Assembly: GCA_964035545.1 (NCBI GenBank)
Contig: OZ037767.1
Location: 19,236,628 to 19,300,627, forward strand
Length of the DNA: 64,000 nucleotides
Origin: Bugula neritina
Lineage: Eukaryota; Animalia; Bryozoa
Reading direction: 5' to 3'
Shown: positions 49,090 to 62,600 of the stretch, piece by piece
Position numbering within the stretch: position 1 is the stretch's first letter
How the letters are laid out: each line of letters opens with the position of its first letter
Program-made: the position numbers and the translations under genes
The notes under the pieces: generated by a model
Told to the model about the DNA's origin: nothing
Database searches by the model: none
Seen by the model: the letters and a program-made list of their open reading frames with translations, nothing else

Positions 49090-52000
49090 TTAAGCCATAT
49101 ATATAAATGTATTAATGTCGGCCTGGTCTCTCTGCATGTATCTATTCTCTATCAGCCACTCTATTTGCTCTTTTATCAACTTCTTAGAAGGCAGAAACAT
49201 GTTCTTCAGCATCTCAACCAGCTCTGTCTGTAAAGCCGCATTGGCCAGCCTCTTTCTCATCTTCATTATAGCCACAATAGCTTCCTGCGGGTGGAAATAA
49301 CATAATATAGATTGTTGAGCTGGTGTCAGAAATACTGTAGAGTGAGATTAAGTGCCAATTTAGCATTTCCAGACAACTTTTTCAGCTTTACATTGCTAGT
49401 CGTTTCATTTTTTTCATTATTGGTACTATTTCCTATTTTTAGTAGTTTAAAACCTTATAATATTTTGTAGTTTTGGTCTGACAAAGTGAAATTAGTAGAC
49501 AATAGACATCGAGCAAACCTATCTCATGTTAGTTCAATTTTCAGCACCCAGTCTTAAAGCAAGCGTCAAATAAATGAAATATGGATTTTTAAAATTAAAA
49601 TTCTAGCCTTTTCAAGAACTGATGTAATTCAATAACATTAACACAAGGACCATTGCAGCTAGTTTTTAATATAACCAACTTGATGTCATTAAGCATTGAT
49701 TTCAAAATAACTACAGCTGAAACACCTCGTGATAAAAATTACCTGCGCTTTGTCATTAAAATTACCTGCACACGGAGAATTCTCAGCTGAATAATGGCGT
49801 CACTGTCTTCCTCACTAGACTTCTCTGTTGATAACTGAAGTCGACCAATTAGATTTATTTTTCCTCTTTTTTGTATTTTGCCGTTTTTTCTGTATAAAGC
49901 AGCAGGGTACAGAATGAAATTAAATTTAACACTGAAAAAAATTGATAGAAAAATTATTTAAAAATTTTCTGAATTACTTTTAGGAAAAAGAATGGTGGCT
50001 ATTTGAACCTCTAAATTCAAAACCTCAGGTAAATATTCAATTACAGGTTTTCTTTCATAAAGTTGCATCTAGCAATCGCATGATTTAAGTTTCAGCCATA
50101 AAACAAATATTTAATAGTAGATAGTGAACATTATAAGATTAGATAGTAAACACCATGTTATTCAGAGAAGATAGTAAAGACATGTTATTCAAGGTAGATA
50201 GTAAACATAATATTACATATAGTAACGATGAAATATTTGAACTGGGAGAATGGGCTAATAATAGTCAATGGCTTAGTAAACAAAAGGTCAATAGTTTGAA
50301 TCCCAGTAAAAGTCATAGGGGATGTTAAAAAGTGCATTAAATCATAATTTCTTCTTTGCAATAATAGACAAGCATATCCATAGCACTGCTAAAAACATCC
50401 TTTCTATGTGACAATAAAGCCATGAGGCGTTATACCTATAGTATAGTATGTGAAATACGTAAAGCTTTATGTACTCACAAGGGTGCAAACTGCTCATTTA
50501 TTGAGAACATGGTTGTATCAAGGAAGTCTTTTGGAGTTGTCACTTCAGGGTGGAAGTTTAGAATTTGTCTCTTTAGCTTAGGAAGTGCCACTAGACTCTG
50601 GAAGATAAAATGTAACTATAGAAGCTCAGGCTACATGATGTCATAACTGCCCTTCACCTTTTTAAATGTATTATAAATAATGTTAGAATATGCTAGAAAG
50701 AAGAACACAATACTATGAAGGTTAGACGCAGTAAGTTCCTAATTATTATCTAGTCTGAGTCTCTGAGAAACAGACGGTAAAATTTCTAGACTAAAACCAC
50801 AAAAGGTATGCCTTTCTATTTTACAATTTTAGTGTTGATTCTTGAATGCTTAAAGTTGAATGCAGTAAATCTGAAATTTAAAAAAAGCTTAAATGTAACA
50901 AATAAGGTAAAATATTTGTAATAAATAGGACGCGTTTTGGATGAATTTCATGTTTCTTGCATTTAATAGACGAAGTACCTTAAATACGAAGGTCAGTATT
51001 GTTGATAAAATTAGTAAATGATTTCACTCAAAGAAGTCAAAACAATTTCTGAGAAATTAAGCTGCAACATAGTGTTGCTAGAATGGCGCTGATATGCCAT
51101 TTTAGTACATACCAACCACTATACATATACACTACTGTATATACCCACTACTGTACATACACTACTGTATATACCCACTACTGTACATACCCACTACTGT
51201 ACATACCCACTACTGTATATACCCACTACTGTATATACCCACTACTGTACACATACACTACTGTATATATACACTACTGTATATATATACACTACTGTAT
51301 ATACCCACTACTGCACATACCCACTACTGTATACATATACACTACTATATATACCCACTACTGTATATACCCACTATTGTACATACCCACTACTGTACAT
51401 ACCCACTACTGTACATACCCACTACTGTACATACCCACTACTGTATATACCCACTACTGTATATACCCACTACTGTACACATACACTACTGTATATATAT
51501 ACACTACTGTATATACCCACTACTGCACATACCCACTACTGTATACATACCCACTACTGTATACATATACACTACTATATATACCCACTACTGTATATAC
51601 CCACTACTGCACATACCCACTACTGTGTACATACCCACTACTGTATACATATACACTACTATATATACCCACTACTGTATATACCCACTACTGTACATAC
51701 CCACTACTGTACATACCCACTACTGTATATACCCACTACTGTATACACTACTTACCCACAGCGTGCGCCTCAACTCGGCATCTGGTAGCTGAGTGGCCAC
51801 CCGAATACTCTCCAGCGAGATCTCTTCCCTGGGCCGACTGTTCCATACAAACAGGATAGACATTTGAAAGGTCGTCACTTCAAGGTCAAACTTTCCACAT
51901 TCATTGCTGAAGGTAATCATACCTAATAATAATAATAACACAAACCATGCAATAAGAATTCAATAGATGAGAATGAAACAAGAGGAAACAACACATCCAA

Positions 52001-54854
52001 AGTGCAGGAAATAAAACGAAGAAAACCAACGAACTATTCATTTTTTTGTTATACATAACTAATCGACTGCAAATCATGGTGAAAGAGAGCTTAGGATAAA
52101 TAATTATAGTAGATAAGAGTGTGCTAGAGTGAGCTACCATTAGACATTAAGTTGTTCCAATGAAGTTTCCTTCCATTATGCTTCCGCTTGTAGAAATCTT
52201 CAATAGTGGGTATGAAGTCTTCGAGCTGAGCCGGTAGCGACACAGATATACGTTCACTGGCGCGTGTCCATGCACCACCATTCAGTATTTTGATATTGAC
52301 ATCTAATAAAACATATGGAAAATTATTTCATACTTTTACTAGATAAAGGAGTAACGGATATTGGCTACAGTGTGTGTATTTATAGTGTAGCTCTACTACA
52401 CATACTACACAGTTGAAATTGGGTCGACAGAAAGCAAAACTTTTAGATATAATTACAAAATAAAGAAGAAATTTGACAGAAAATGTCAAAGAAGAATCAC
52501 TATATGTAAATCGTAGACGCCGCATGTATATTTTGATTCATAAAATGCCATCAAACTAGAAAAATATCTTGAAAAATAAATTATACACAGCGTACAAATA
52601 CAAGTTCTAAATAACCATCATGCCTTCTTACTAACTGTGTGTAAGTTAGCTGTGTGTAAGTTAACAATGTGTAAGTTAGCAATGTGTAAGTTAACTATGT
52701 GTAAGTTAGCTATGTGTAAGTTAGCTGTGTGTAAGTTAGCTATGTGTAAGTTAGCTATGTGTAAGTTAGCTATGTGTAAGTTAGCTATGTGTAAGTCAGC
52801 TGTGTGTAAGTCAGCTGTGTGTAGGTTAGCTACACATGTGTAAGTTAGCTATGTGTAAGTTAGCTCGGTGTAAGTTAGCTATGTGTAAGTTAGCTGTGTG
52901 TAAGTTAACTATGTGTAAGTTAGCTGTGTGTAAGTTAACTATGTGTAAGTTAGCTATGTGTAAGTTAGCTATGTGTAAGTCAGCTGTGTGTAGGTTAGCT
53001 ACACATGTGTAAGTTAGCTATGTGTAAGTTAGCTATGTGTAAGTTAGCTGTGTGTAAGTTAACTATGTGTAAGTTAGCTATGTGTAAGTTAGCTATGTGT
53101 AAGTCAGCTATGTGTAAGTTAACTATGTGTAAGTTAACTATGTGTAAGTTACCTATGTGTAAGTTAGCTGTGTGTAAGTTAACTATGTGTAAGTTAGCTA
53201 TGTGTAAGTTAGCTATGTGTAAGTCAGCTGTGTGTAGGTTAGCTACACATGTGTAAGTTAGCTATGTGTAAGTTAGCTATGTGTAAGTTAGCTGTGTGTA
53301 AGTTAACTATGTGTAAGTTAACTGTGTGTAAGTTAGCTATGTGTAAGTTAACTATGTGTAAGTTAGCTATGTGTAAGTTAGCTATGTGTAAGTTAGCTAT
53401 GTGTAAGTTAGCTATGTGTAAGTTAACTATGTGTAAGTTAACTATGTGTAAGTTAGCTATGTGTAAGTTAGCTGTGTGCAAGTTAACAAACCAGCACTGT
53501 TTTCCCTGTTGTTTTTAGCCAACTCTTTGAATTCACTGTTGAGATCTGCACTCAGCTGAATATCTTGAAACATTCTGGCCAGCTTGTTAACGTACTCGGC
53601 TGGCATCCCGATCTCCTGCAGTATATACAGTATGTACTATACTATACTATACAGTATATACTATACAGTATATACTGTATAGTATATACTGTATAGTATA
53701 TACTATACAGTATATACTATACTATACAGTATATACTATACAGTATATACTATACTATACAGTATGTACTATACTATACTATACAGTATATACTACACTA
53801 TGCAGTATATACTATACTATACTACACAGTATATACTATACTATGCAGTATATACTATACTATACAGTATATACTATACAGTATATACTATACTATGCAG
53901 TATATACTATACTATGCAGTATATACTATACTATACAGTATATACTATACTATACAGTATATACTACACTATACAGTATATACTACACTATACAGTATAT
54001 ACTATACTATACAGTATATACTATACTATACAGTATATACTATACTATACAGTATATACTATACTATGCAGTATATACTATACAGTATATACTATACTAT
54101 GCAGTATATACTATACTATACAGTATATACTATACTATACAGTATATACTATACTATACAGTATATGCTACTAGCTACTATACAGTATATACTATACTAT
54201 ACAGTGACTATTAGCTACTATACAGTATATACTATACTATACAGTGACTATTAGCTACTATACAGTATATACTATACTATACAGTATATACTATACTATA
54301 CTATGCAGTATATACTATACTATACAGTAACTATTAGCTACTATACAGTATATACTATACTATACAGTGACTATTAGCTACTACACAGGTACTCATTTGC
54401 GTTGCACTAGAACTGAACCAACCCTCAACCAGTCCACCATGTTCTCTTCTATCTCATTGTCTGCAGACGTCTCCAGAATCAGCCGTCTGGTGAGGTGAGC
54501 TTTATGGAATCTCATGAACACGTCCTTGTTCTGTACATACTTCAGTATTAGCAGCTGCAAGCAACAGTAGTCGTTTATGTAGGAGATAAAGCGAATGTCT
54601 TAGTTAACATTCAATGTTTGCTGACAGGCAGTGTATCGCACAGATAGTTAGCTGTAAGTATTTACCAAGTCTTTCAGTCGCTTTTCTATCTCTACAGAAG
54701 TGAGCTTCTTACTGAGAGGAGTCTTTCTTAGCAGCATATCACAGTAGTTGGCTAGTAGCTCCGGGCACTTGGATTCTGGCTGGCCTTTGGCAGCACTAGA
54801 AGTAGTATTAGTAATAGTAATAGTAGTAGTAGTATTAGTAATAGTAGTAGTAGC

Positions 54855-54898
<44 letters not shown>

Positions 54899-57800
54899 CA
54901 GTAGTAGTAGTAGTAGTAGTAGTAGTACTAGTAGTAGCAGTAGTACTAGTAGTAGTAGTAGTAGTAGTGAGAATCAATGAGAATACTGACTGAACACTTT
55001 CATACGAAGATACACACCTCTTAGGCTTGGAGGCAAACTGGAGTTTAAACACGGATGTATCATTCACAAGACTCTTATAGGCCATGTCTCGGGCCGTCAG
55101 GAATCTGGCGTCCATGTTGAATGCTTTAGAGACGAGCTCAGTGAACCGCCGGAACAATTCCAACAGTTTCTCTACATATTGTTCTGAGTCCTGAGAATAT
55201 TATATATTATACTCGTACTATATGTTAATACTGTATTCTACATACTATATTATGTTGATACTGTTTTATAATATTTACTATACGTTAAAAGTGCATTCTA
55301 TATACTATACTGCATACGTTGATACTATGTCATACATGATACTGTATGCTGACACTGTACAAGCTTACAGCTGTTATTGTGGAGGCACACGCATGCATAT
55401 CTGACAGGCCGGCTTCTTTGATAAAGTGTTGAAGATGGTGCAGCATGGGTACAACACCGTCTTGCACTCTGTCCAGCAGTTTAAACATCAACTCCAGCTC
55501 TGCAAAGAAATGGCTAAAATAAGATTTTACGTAAAAACACATCAACAAAAAGAGAATAACTCAGTATCTTTAGTATACTGCAAATAATAAACTAAATATA
55601 GTATGCATGTAGTCAACGAGTTAAAGAACGCACATGTAATACATGTGCTATAATCACGGAAAGGGTTAGCAGTAATATTATGCAAACCTTCACAGTAAAA
55701 GTACTAGTACTTCAAAAGCATTGTATTGTCTAAATTTATAACTATTATAGACACATAAAAAGGCGATGATAGGAGTACTTGAACCTTACGCTGTGTGCTG
55801 TTAGTTTTAATCATGTCAGGGCACTCGGCTAATATTGTATCCTTGAACTTGACAACAAGCACCTTGACACAGCACTCTATCAGTTTCGTCACCGATTCGC
55901 AGCCAGCCCTGGTTTCCAGATAACGCTTAGCCCTGATTTCTTCTTCCATCAACTTGGATTGGGCGTATAACATGTACTCCTTTACCCCGTGTTCTGCTAG
56001 AAACTCGGGCGCTTTAACTTCGTAAAACTGTTCCGTATGTTCAAGGTACGCCTTCTCAAAGTTCTCCTTGTATATGCCGAGAATGTTTTGTGATTGTTCA
56101 CTACTCAGATTCACTGCAACATACAAACTGCCATTCATGGGCTAATTTCTTTCAACACACAAACATCATGGGCAGAAGCCAAGCAAGTGATTAACAAATC
56201 AGCAAAACCTAAATAATATGTGACAGCAAATGCAGTGTGCACTCCATTCCTTACATGTCTTACTACCAGCCTGTAGCCTTAATGTACAAAAAACTTAGAC
56301 CTGTAAGACAATACCTGCAAGACAATACCTGTAAAACAATACCTGAATTACACTATCTAAATACTTACTGTGCTCAGATGCTAATAATATAGCAGAACAT
56401 GAACAATAAAACACTAAGAAACTACTACAAACTTACCATATGATTCCCGAACTCCTATCACCAGTTGAGAGTCAAAGGCCTCGCCACATCTTTCTAGCTC
56501 TACCAGATGCATTGCACTGTCCTGTAATCTGTGCTTGATCTTGGAGAAGATACTTTCATTCCAGCATGTTAACATTAGCTATAACAGTACAGACAACTGT
56601 TACTACAATACAGACAACTGTTACTACAGTACACACAACTGTTACTACAGTACACACAACTGTTACTACAGTACACACAACTGTTACTGCAGAACCCACA
56701 ATAGCTACTACAGCATATACAACTATTATAGTACACACAATTGTTGCTACAGTACATATATCAAGTAGAATAGTAGTAACACTAACTCCAATCAATATAT
56801 ACAATACAATAAACTACTATAGAACATAAACTACAACAAAACAGTAAAACTGTATATATTGTTTCACCAAATTGGAAATTAACTTAACAGTTGTGAAACA
56901 AAAGATATATCTGATTTTATAACACGTTATTGCCAACGACTGGAGGAATCACTAGCCATAAATGCAATAAATCACCCAACTAATAAATGCAAACACACAA
57001 CAAATTCATTAAACTTCAATATAACCAGTATACAGACATGAAATTACAAGAAAACCAGATGCTAAGCATGAAATAACGCATAAGCTAAAGAGTAGAAGTG
57101 AAACCAAAATCATACACTTTTGACATAATTCTCTTGAGAACTTGGTTGTTTCACAGCACTATTTGTAGACTTCTTCATTACATTCTCTAAACTGTAGAAT
57201 GGCTTCGGCAGGTAATCACACTGAGCAAAGAAAGTTTCCCATTCATTCTTGTAGGCGCGGAGTAGAGAAGAGTCATCTAGATGCACTGACACTCTCTACA
57301 GTGAAAGTCAACAAGTGCTCGACATGTCACAGCAGGTGTCTGCTCACTAACAACATGGCATTTACAGCAGATGACATGGTAAACATTCTCGCTGGGTAGT
57401 TTGAAAGTTTACAATTAGCAAATTGTATGAAATGATTAATTTTTGTTCAAATTAAAAAAGTTTAAAAATAAAACAACCAATTTGAAAAAGCTGAGAGGTT
57501 TTGGTGTCTTGCACTGGAATTCCTGACACACTATAACAATTGTGCTTTCCATCTTTAGCTGAGGAAAAGATGAATAAGGGAGAGTGCATTATTATAATAT
57601 TCTGTCTAGATATAGTGAAAGGGTCTATACTCTGGTGTGATCAAATCGAATCCACTGGAATTAAAAGTAGCTGCAAAATATCGCAACTTTCAGGGCGGGC
57701 TGTAGAAATGTATGCAGTGCTTAACAAAATGCATACAAACACAAATGTTTCTAACACTTATTACAAAGGTATTCTCAACACTCGTTATAATGCTACATTC

Positions 57801-58677
57801 AAAATATATTTTCACTCTCATAGAATTCAGGTATCAACTGATTTACAACCAATCAAACATACCGATTCAGCTTCATCCACAAAACTTTTGATGTCGTCAT
57901 GCAGTGCCTGGTGTATCTTATGGTGACTCTCATCGTCCCATGAGCAGATCTTGTGTACAGTGCTACAGGTAAACACAAACGACTGTATATACACATGTGT
58001 ACATACAAATGTCACTTGGGCACAAACAAGCCTAGAATAAAAAGCCCAACATCTAGATTTTAGGCTAGTGCTACAAGTAAATTGTGAACAAGATTCCAAA
58101 AAATGTGACAACAAATAATAAGGACCAACTAAAAAAACTGTAAAATCTAATTTCACATTTATCGAAGAACTTGTTAGAGTAATATTTTACTATATGATTT
58201 TCAACCAATAATACAGAACTTTCCTGTTTTATTGCAGTTATTAAAAATTTTACTATTAGTATACAAATTCAATTGGACTTTCAAGATTTGCTTTTCTAGC
58301 ATTCTGTAAAAATAAAAATTCTTTTCTTGATATATTACATGATTGTAAATGACTGCTACCTTTAAAGCAGGTATGAATAATGTTTTCGAACACATCGGCA
58401 TGGAATAAAACATTACAGAGATAAGTGTTTTCATGTCATAATATAGTTATGGTATTTAAAGCTGCTGTCGGTTATCCATATCAGTTAATTGTTGCTGGGT
58501 TTAATTTCTAAAAACAAGAGTATCCTATCCGAACTGCTAATATATATACATAAGTACGTACGTGAAAAGCTCAAACCATTGAGCATGGCTGACATCGTCT
58601 TGTTTGAGCAATTTGAGAAGAATTGGCTTCACAAAGGCAGGCCACCAGCTCTCAAATCTAATATGACTAGCGTCACT
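49090..58677 (-). CDS. CUL5: Cullin-5 (15 exons identified, 773 aa; start-codon exon not located)
   Basis: Exons (minus): 58677-58562, 57962-57863, 57295-57116, 56578-56437, 56113-55790, 55499-55369, 55190-55018, 54795-54666, 54554-54423, 53615-53492, 52302-52138, 51922-51756, 50597-50479, 49889-49766, 49284-49090; total 2322 nt, open. CUL5 motifs PILLKLLKQ..QWFELF, ESKCPELLANYCDMLLRKTPLSKKLTS, LKYVQNKDVFMRFHKAHLTRRL, LVEMLKNMFLPSKKLIKEQIEWLIE..DINTFIYMA*. Confidence 0.95.
50255..50362 (+). mobile_element. Decayed SINE fragment (same family, plus orientation)
   Basis: TTAGTAAACAAAAGGTCAATAGTTTGAATCCCAGTAAAAGTCATAGGGGATGTTAAAAAG..ATCATAATTTCTTCTTTGC resembles the SINE head and core. Confidence 0.5.
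51105..51752. repeat. ~16-bp minisatellite (ACTACTGTATATACCC) starting at a CUL5 donor
   Basis: Minus strand reads TGG|GTAAGTAGTGTATACAGTAGTGGGTATATACAGTAGTGGGTATGTACAG... Confidence 0.9.
52636..53487. repeat. 15-bp minisatellite (GTGTAAGTTAGCTAT, ~56 copies) starting ~5 nt into a CUL5 intron
   Basis: Adjacent to the donor at 53491; higher-order blocks are marked by GTGTAGGTTAGCTACACAT. Confidence 0.9.
53618..54388. repeat. 14/19-bp minisatellite (TATACTATACAGTATATAC) filling most of CUL5 intron 53616-54422
   Basis: Runs directly into the acceptor (minus: GTATATACTGCAG|GAG). Confidence 0.9.
54801..54968. repeat. (GTA)n microsatellite abutting a CUL5 acceptor
   Basis: Minus strand: (TAC)n TTCTAG|TGCT at 54795. 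Confidence 0.95.
56583..56760. repeat. 21-bp minisatellite (ACAGTACACACAACTGTTACT) abutting a CUL5 acceptor
   Basis: Minus strand: last unit ...GTCTGTACTGTTATAG|CTA at 56578. Confidence 0.9.
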
Positions 58678-59542
58678 CTAAAATAGAAAACACGTGTAAG
58701 TCGAACAGAACCCAATGTGCATACAAAACTAAGTAAACCCTTGACTCACTTGCTTGTAAGTATGTCTAGAAACAAATCTTCTGGGTTCTTAACTGAGTTA
58801 AAACTTTTTGAATGTTTTCCGTTAACTTTATTTCACAAATTAGTAGGCATATTAAACGACTGTATGAAAACTATAAACTTGCAGATATATTAGTAACTGG
58901 CTAAGGGTATACCCACTTTATCGACTTATTATCACTTATTCCTTGCTAGCAAACGGCTAGTAATATTGCAAACATGCCTGAAGCATGATTGAGTTACAGA
59001 AGTCAACTCATGTCATGAATCCTGATAAGTAGATCTGGCAAGTCCGATCATGTCAATCAAAAACCATTCAAAATCTTGATTGGTTAAAGCAGCTAACGTC
59101 AATACTTGGCAAAGCAAACTAAAATAGGAATAAATAAAAATTAAGCTAAGCTTCATGATTTACACGCAAAGAATGAGAAACCACTAAAAACTCAACTAAC
59201 ATCAGTTTTTAAAGTTAATATATATATGAATATGAGATGCAAATGATAAAACAACATAAGCACAGTTTTGGAGCTTAAAGGCAGAAATTTATAATTAAAG
59301 ATGCTGAAAGCTTGTAGTCGTTACGATTTTAAAAATACTGGATAAGAAAAAAAATACAATTGCTTAAACAATAAAAAAAAATCATTATAACAAAATACAC
59401 TCTTTTGGTCTGGGTTGAAACTGTTGTATTATACTCGAATTACCGCACATGCGGAATTACTTTACTGTTTGTTTTATTCGTATGCATTGTTATAGTACGT
59501 ATGTTTATCGCTAAAATACATCATCTTGGTATTAACACAACA

Positions 59543-59559
59543 TGGTGGCCAGTACGGGG
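59543..59559 (+). promoter_or_regulatory. Primer-binding site, tRNA-Ile (AAT)
   Basis: TGGTGGCCAGTACGGGG is complementary to the 3' end CCCCGTACTGGCCA-CCA of metazoan tRNA-Ile(AAT). Confidence 0.85.
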
Positions 59560-59637
59560 CTTTAAGTTTATCGTGTTTAATCCGTGCCATCTGCTGTCCT
59601 TGGTTTCCTTTTCTTGCGTTATTGTCAATTTACTGTT

Positions 59638-62600
59638 ATGGCAAAGTTTAATCCACCCGCTGAGTTTGACTTTTTGCCAGAGAAATGGGCAGAGTGGGCT
59701 AAGAGATGGAGTAGATATAGACAGATTTCTAAGTTAGATAAAGAGGAGGAAGAAATACAAATTAATAGTTTCTTGTATTGTATGGGACCTACAAGTGAAA
59801 GCATCTTTAGCAGCCTAGGTCTCTCTGAAGAAAATAAAAAGAAATACAATGAGGTGCTAGCTGGATTTGAGAACTACTTCTCACCCAAGAAATATGTCAT
59901 CTATGAAAGAGCAAAATTCTTCAAGCGTGACCAGCAGCAAGCCGAATCAGTAGAACATTATATTCGTGCTTTAAATGAGTCGGCAGACAAATGTGACTTT
60001 GGAGATAAGCGGTCAGAACAAATCAGAGATAGACTAGTTGTTGGTATAGCTGACCAAGGGCTAAGCCGGGAGATGCAAAAGATGGACATTGACCAGTTAA
60101 CTGAAGCAACAGCCGTGGCTATGGCTAGACAAGCAGAACAAGTGGACAAAAATGTGAAGGAGCTATACAATGATGTGAAATCGCTTGATGCAGTAAGAGT
60201 CAGCAGTAGTAAACATAAACACTCAACCCAACAGAGTAAGGCCGCTAATTCAGCTCAAGCCGATGCTAACCCATGTGGTAGATGTGGCCACAACACACAC
60301 AGATTTGGAAAATGTCCTGCGCAAGATTCTGTGTGTCACAAATGCCAAAAACGAGGACATTTTGCTAGAGTATGCAGGTCAAAAGGAGGAGCAGTACAAT
60401 CTGTGGAAGAGAATGATTATGACCAGCCCACCAGCGATGTTGAACCCTGCAACAAAGGACAGTATTTTTTGGGTGAAGTAACAGACAGAGATGTTAACGT
60501 TGAATGGACAAAGTCTGTAGTCGTAGATCAACTGTTGGTGCCTGTGCGATTCAAGTTGGATACCGGTGCAGATGTTACCATCATCCCGCGGCAGCTCTGT
60601 AAGTCAGTACAGCTTAAACAGCCAGACAAGTCATTGTTTGGACCGAGTAATAGTCAGATACCAGTGTTAGGCTATTTTGACAGTACACTATCTGTAGGCA
60701 GGTACAAAGTAGCAGATAGACTATATGTCGTAGCTCATAATAAAGCCTTGCTTAGTAGACGTGCATGTGTAGGCTTAGGTCTTGTATCATGTAATACCCA
60801 ACTTGATTGTGTTACTGAGAGTGCTGATAAGTTTAGAAATGAGTTTCCTAGTCTCTTTTCTGGCCTAGGTAAAATGAGCCAGGAGGCAGAGATTCAAGTA
60901 AACACCAGTTCTCCCCCTCATGCTATTTGCGTTCCGCGTTCTGTGCCGTATCCATTATTAGATAAGGTGAAGGCTGAGTTAGATGAAATGGTAGAGTTAG
61001 GAGTTATCTTCTCTGTTAGTGAACCAACTGATTGGTGCTCACCCATGGTCATAGTTCCCAAAGCAAGTGGTCGTATTCGTATATGTGTAGACTACACTCA
61101 GTTGAATAAAGTGGTCAGGAGGGAGGTATACCCAATGGCCCATGTCGACTCTAGTTTAGCTAAATTAGGTAACGGGAAAGTTTTCAGCAAGTTGGATGCA
61201 AACTCTGGGTTTTATCAGATTCCCCTGTCTAAGTCTAGTAAACTCCTTACTACATTTTTGACCCCATTTGGTCGGTATGCTTATCATAGGTTGCCGTTTG
61301 GGCTGTCATCTAGCCCAGAGATCTACGCTAAAGTTGTGTCACAGGTTCTTTGTGGTCTAGAGGGAGTTATTGTCCATATGGATGATGTTTGTGTCTGGGG
61401 TAATACTGTGGAGGAACATGATGCTAGAGTTCGTGCTGTCCTCAGACGCATGTCGGATGCAGGAATGACTATGAACAGTTCCAAGTGTGAATTTTCTAAA
61501 AGTTCAATCAAATTTCTGGGGCATTCAATCTCTGATAAAGGCATTCAAGCCAACCCTGAGGCAGTTCAAGGGATTAGAGATTTCAGGACTCCTCGGAGTG
61601 TCTCAGATGTTCGTAGCTTTTTGGGTATGGCTAATCAGTTGAGTAAGTTTACCCCTAAATTGGCGGAGCTATCTAGACCTCTCAGGGATTTGTTGTGTAA
61701 AACATCTCCTTGGTTCTGGGGCGAGGCTCAGTCTATAGCCTTTGCCCGAATTAAAGAGGAGCTGTCGAAAGATTTCGTTCTCGCGGCTTATGACCCGAAG
61801 GCTGAGACTACTATACAGACTGATGCGTGCCGGAATGGCATCGGTGCTGTATTGCTGCAGCTTCAGCCGGACGGTTCCAAGAGGGTTGTTGCAGCAGCTT
61901 CTCGTGCTCTGACTGATACTGAGATGAGGTATGCAACCATTGAACAGGAGGCACTGGGGGTTGTGTGGGCATGTACAAAGTTTAGAAATTACATTACAGG
62001 TATCACAGTCAAGATACAGACTGATCACAAGCCCTTGATCCCATTACTGAATGAAATTGAACTGGATAAACTGACTGTTCGCATTCAGCGTTTCAGGATG
62101 AGGCTTATGAGGTTTGCGTATGTTGTTGAACACATTGCTGGTAAGGATAATGTGCTTGCTGATGCATTATCCCGCTCTCAGGCTTCGCCCAGTGTAGATG
62201 AAGTCGCTTTTGTGGAGGAGGTAGAGTTGGCCGTGAAAGAGGGTCATAAGTTGTTTGCTTCTAGTCAGAGGCTCGTGCAGTTGGCAAAGCTGCAAAGAGC
62301 TGATGAAGTCTTGGCCCAAGTTATTAAGTTTGTTGAGACCTCATGGCCGGAGTACCTTACCAATCAGGATATACTTCTTCGCCCTTATTTTGAGTCAAGA
62401 TCGTTGATTTCTATTCAAGATGGGTTGTTGGCGCTTGGGGACCGCATTGTTAGCCCACAGGTTGAGAGATTGGAAGTTCTTCGGACCATTCATCAAGGTC
62501 ATTTAGGAGTGACCAAGTGTCGTGCTCGGGCCAGGCAATATGTTTGGTGGCCGGGTATATCTCAGCAGATCGCTGACATGGTACGCCAGTGTAACACCTG

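Noticed and set aside
51083-54254. Repetitive ORFs (YPLLY.., MCKLA.., YYTVY..), and likewise 3394-3720, 30394-31360, 44373-44613, 54748-54993, 56535-56829
   Set aside because: All are translations of mini- or microsatellites with no independent coding evidence.
54648-55163. Poly-Thr insertion in CUL5 suggested by the 171-aa ORF
   Set aside because: The (ACT)n tract lies within a GT-AG intron (54796-55017); splicing restores the normal cullin-5 sequence. The 222-nt intron is stop-free in frame, so retention is possible but unsupported.
61375-61386. RT active site HMDD instead of YxDD
   Set aside because: Catalytic aspartates are intact and, as I recall, H at this position occurs in Mag-like elements; not evidence of inactivity or novelty.
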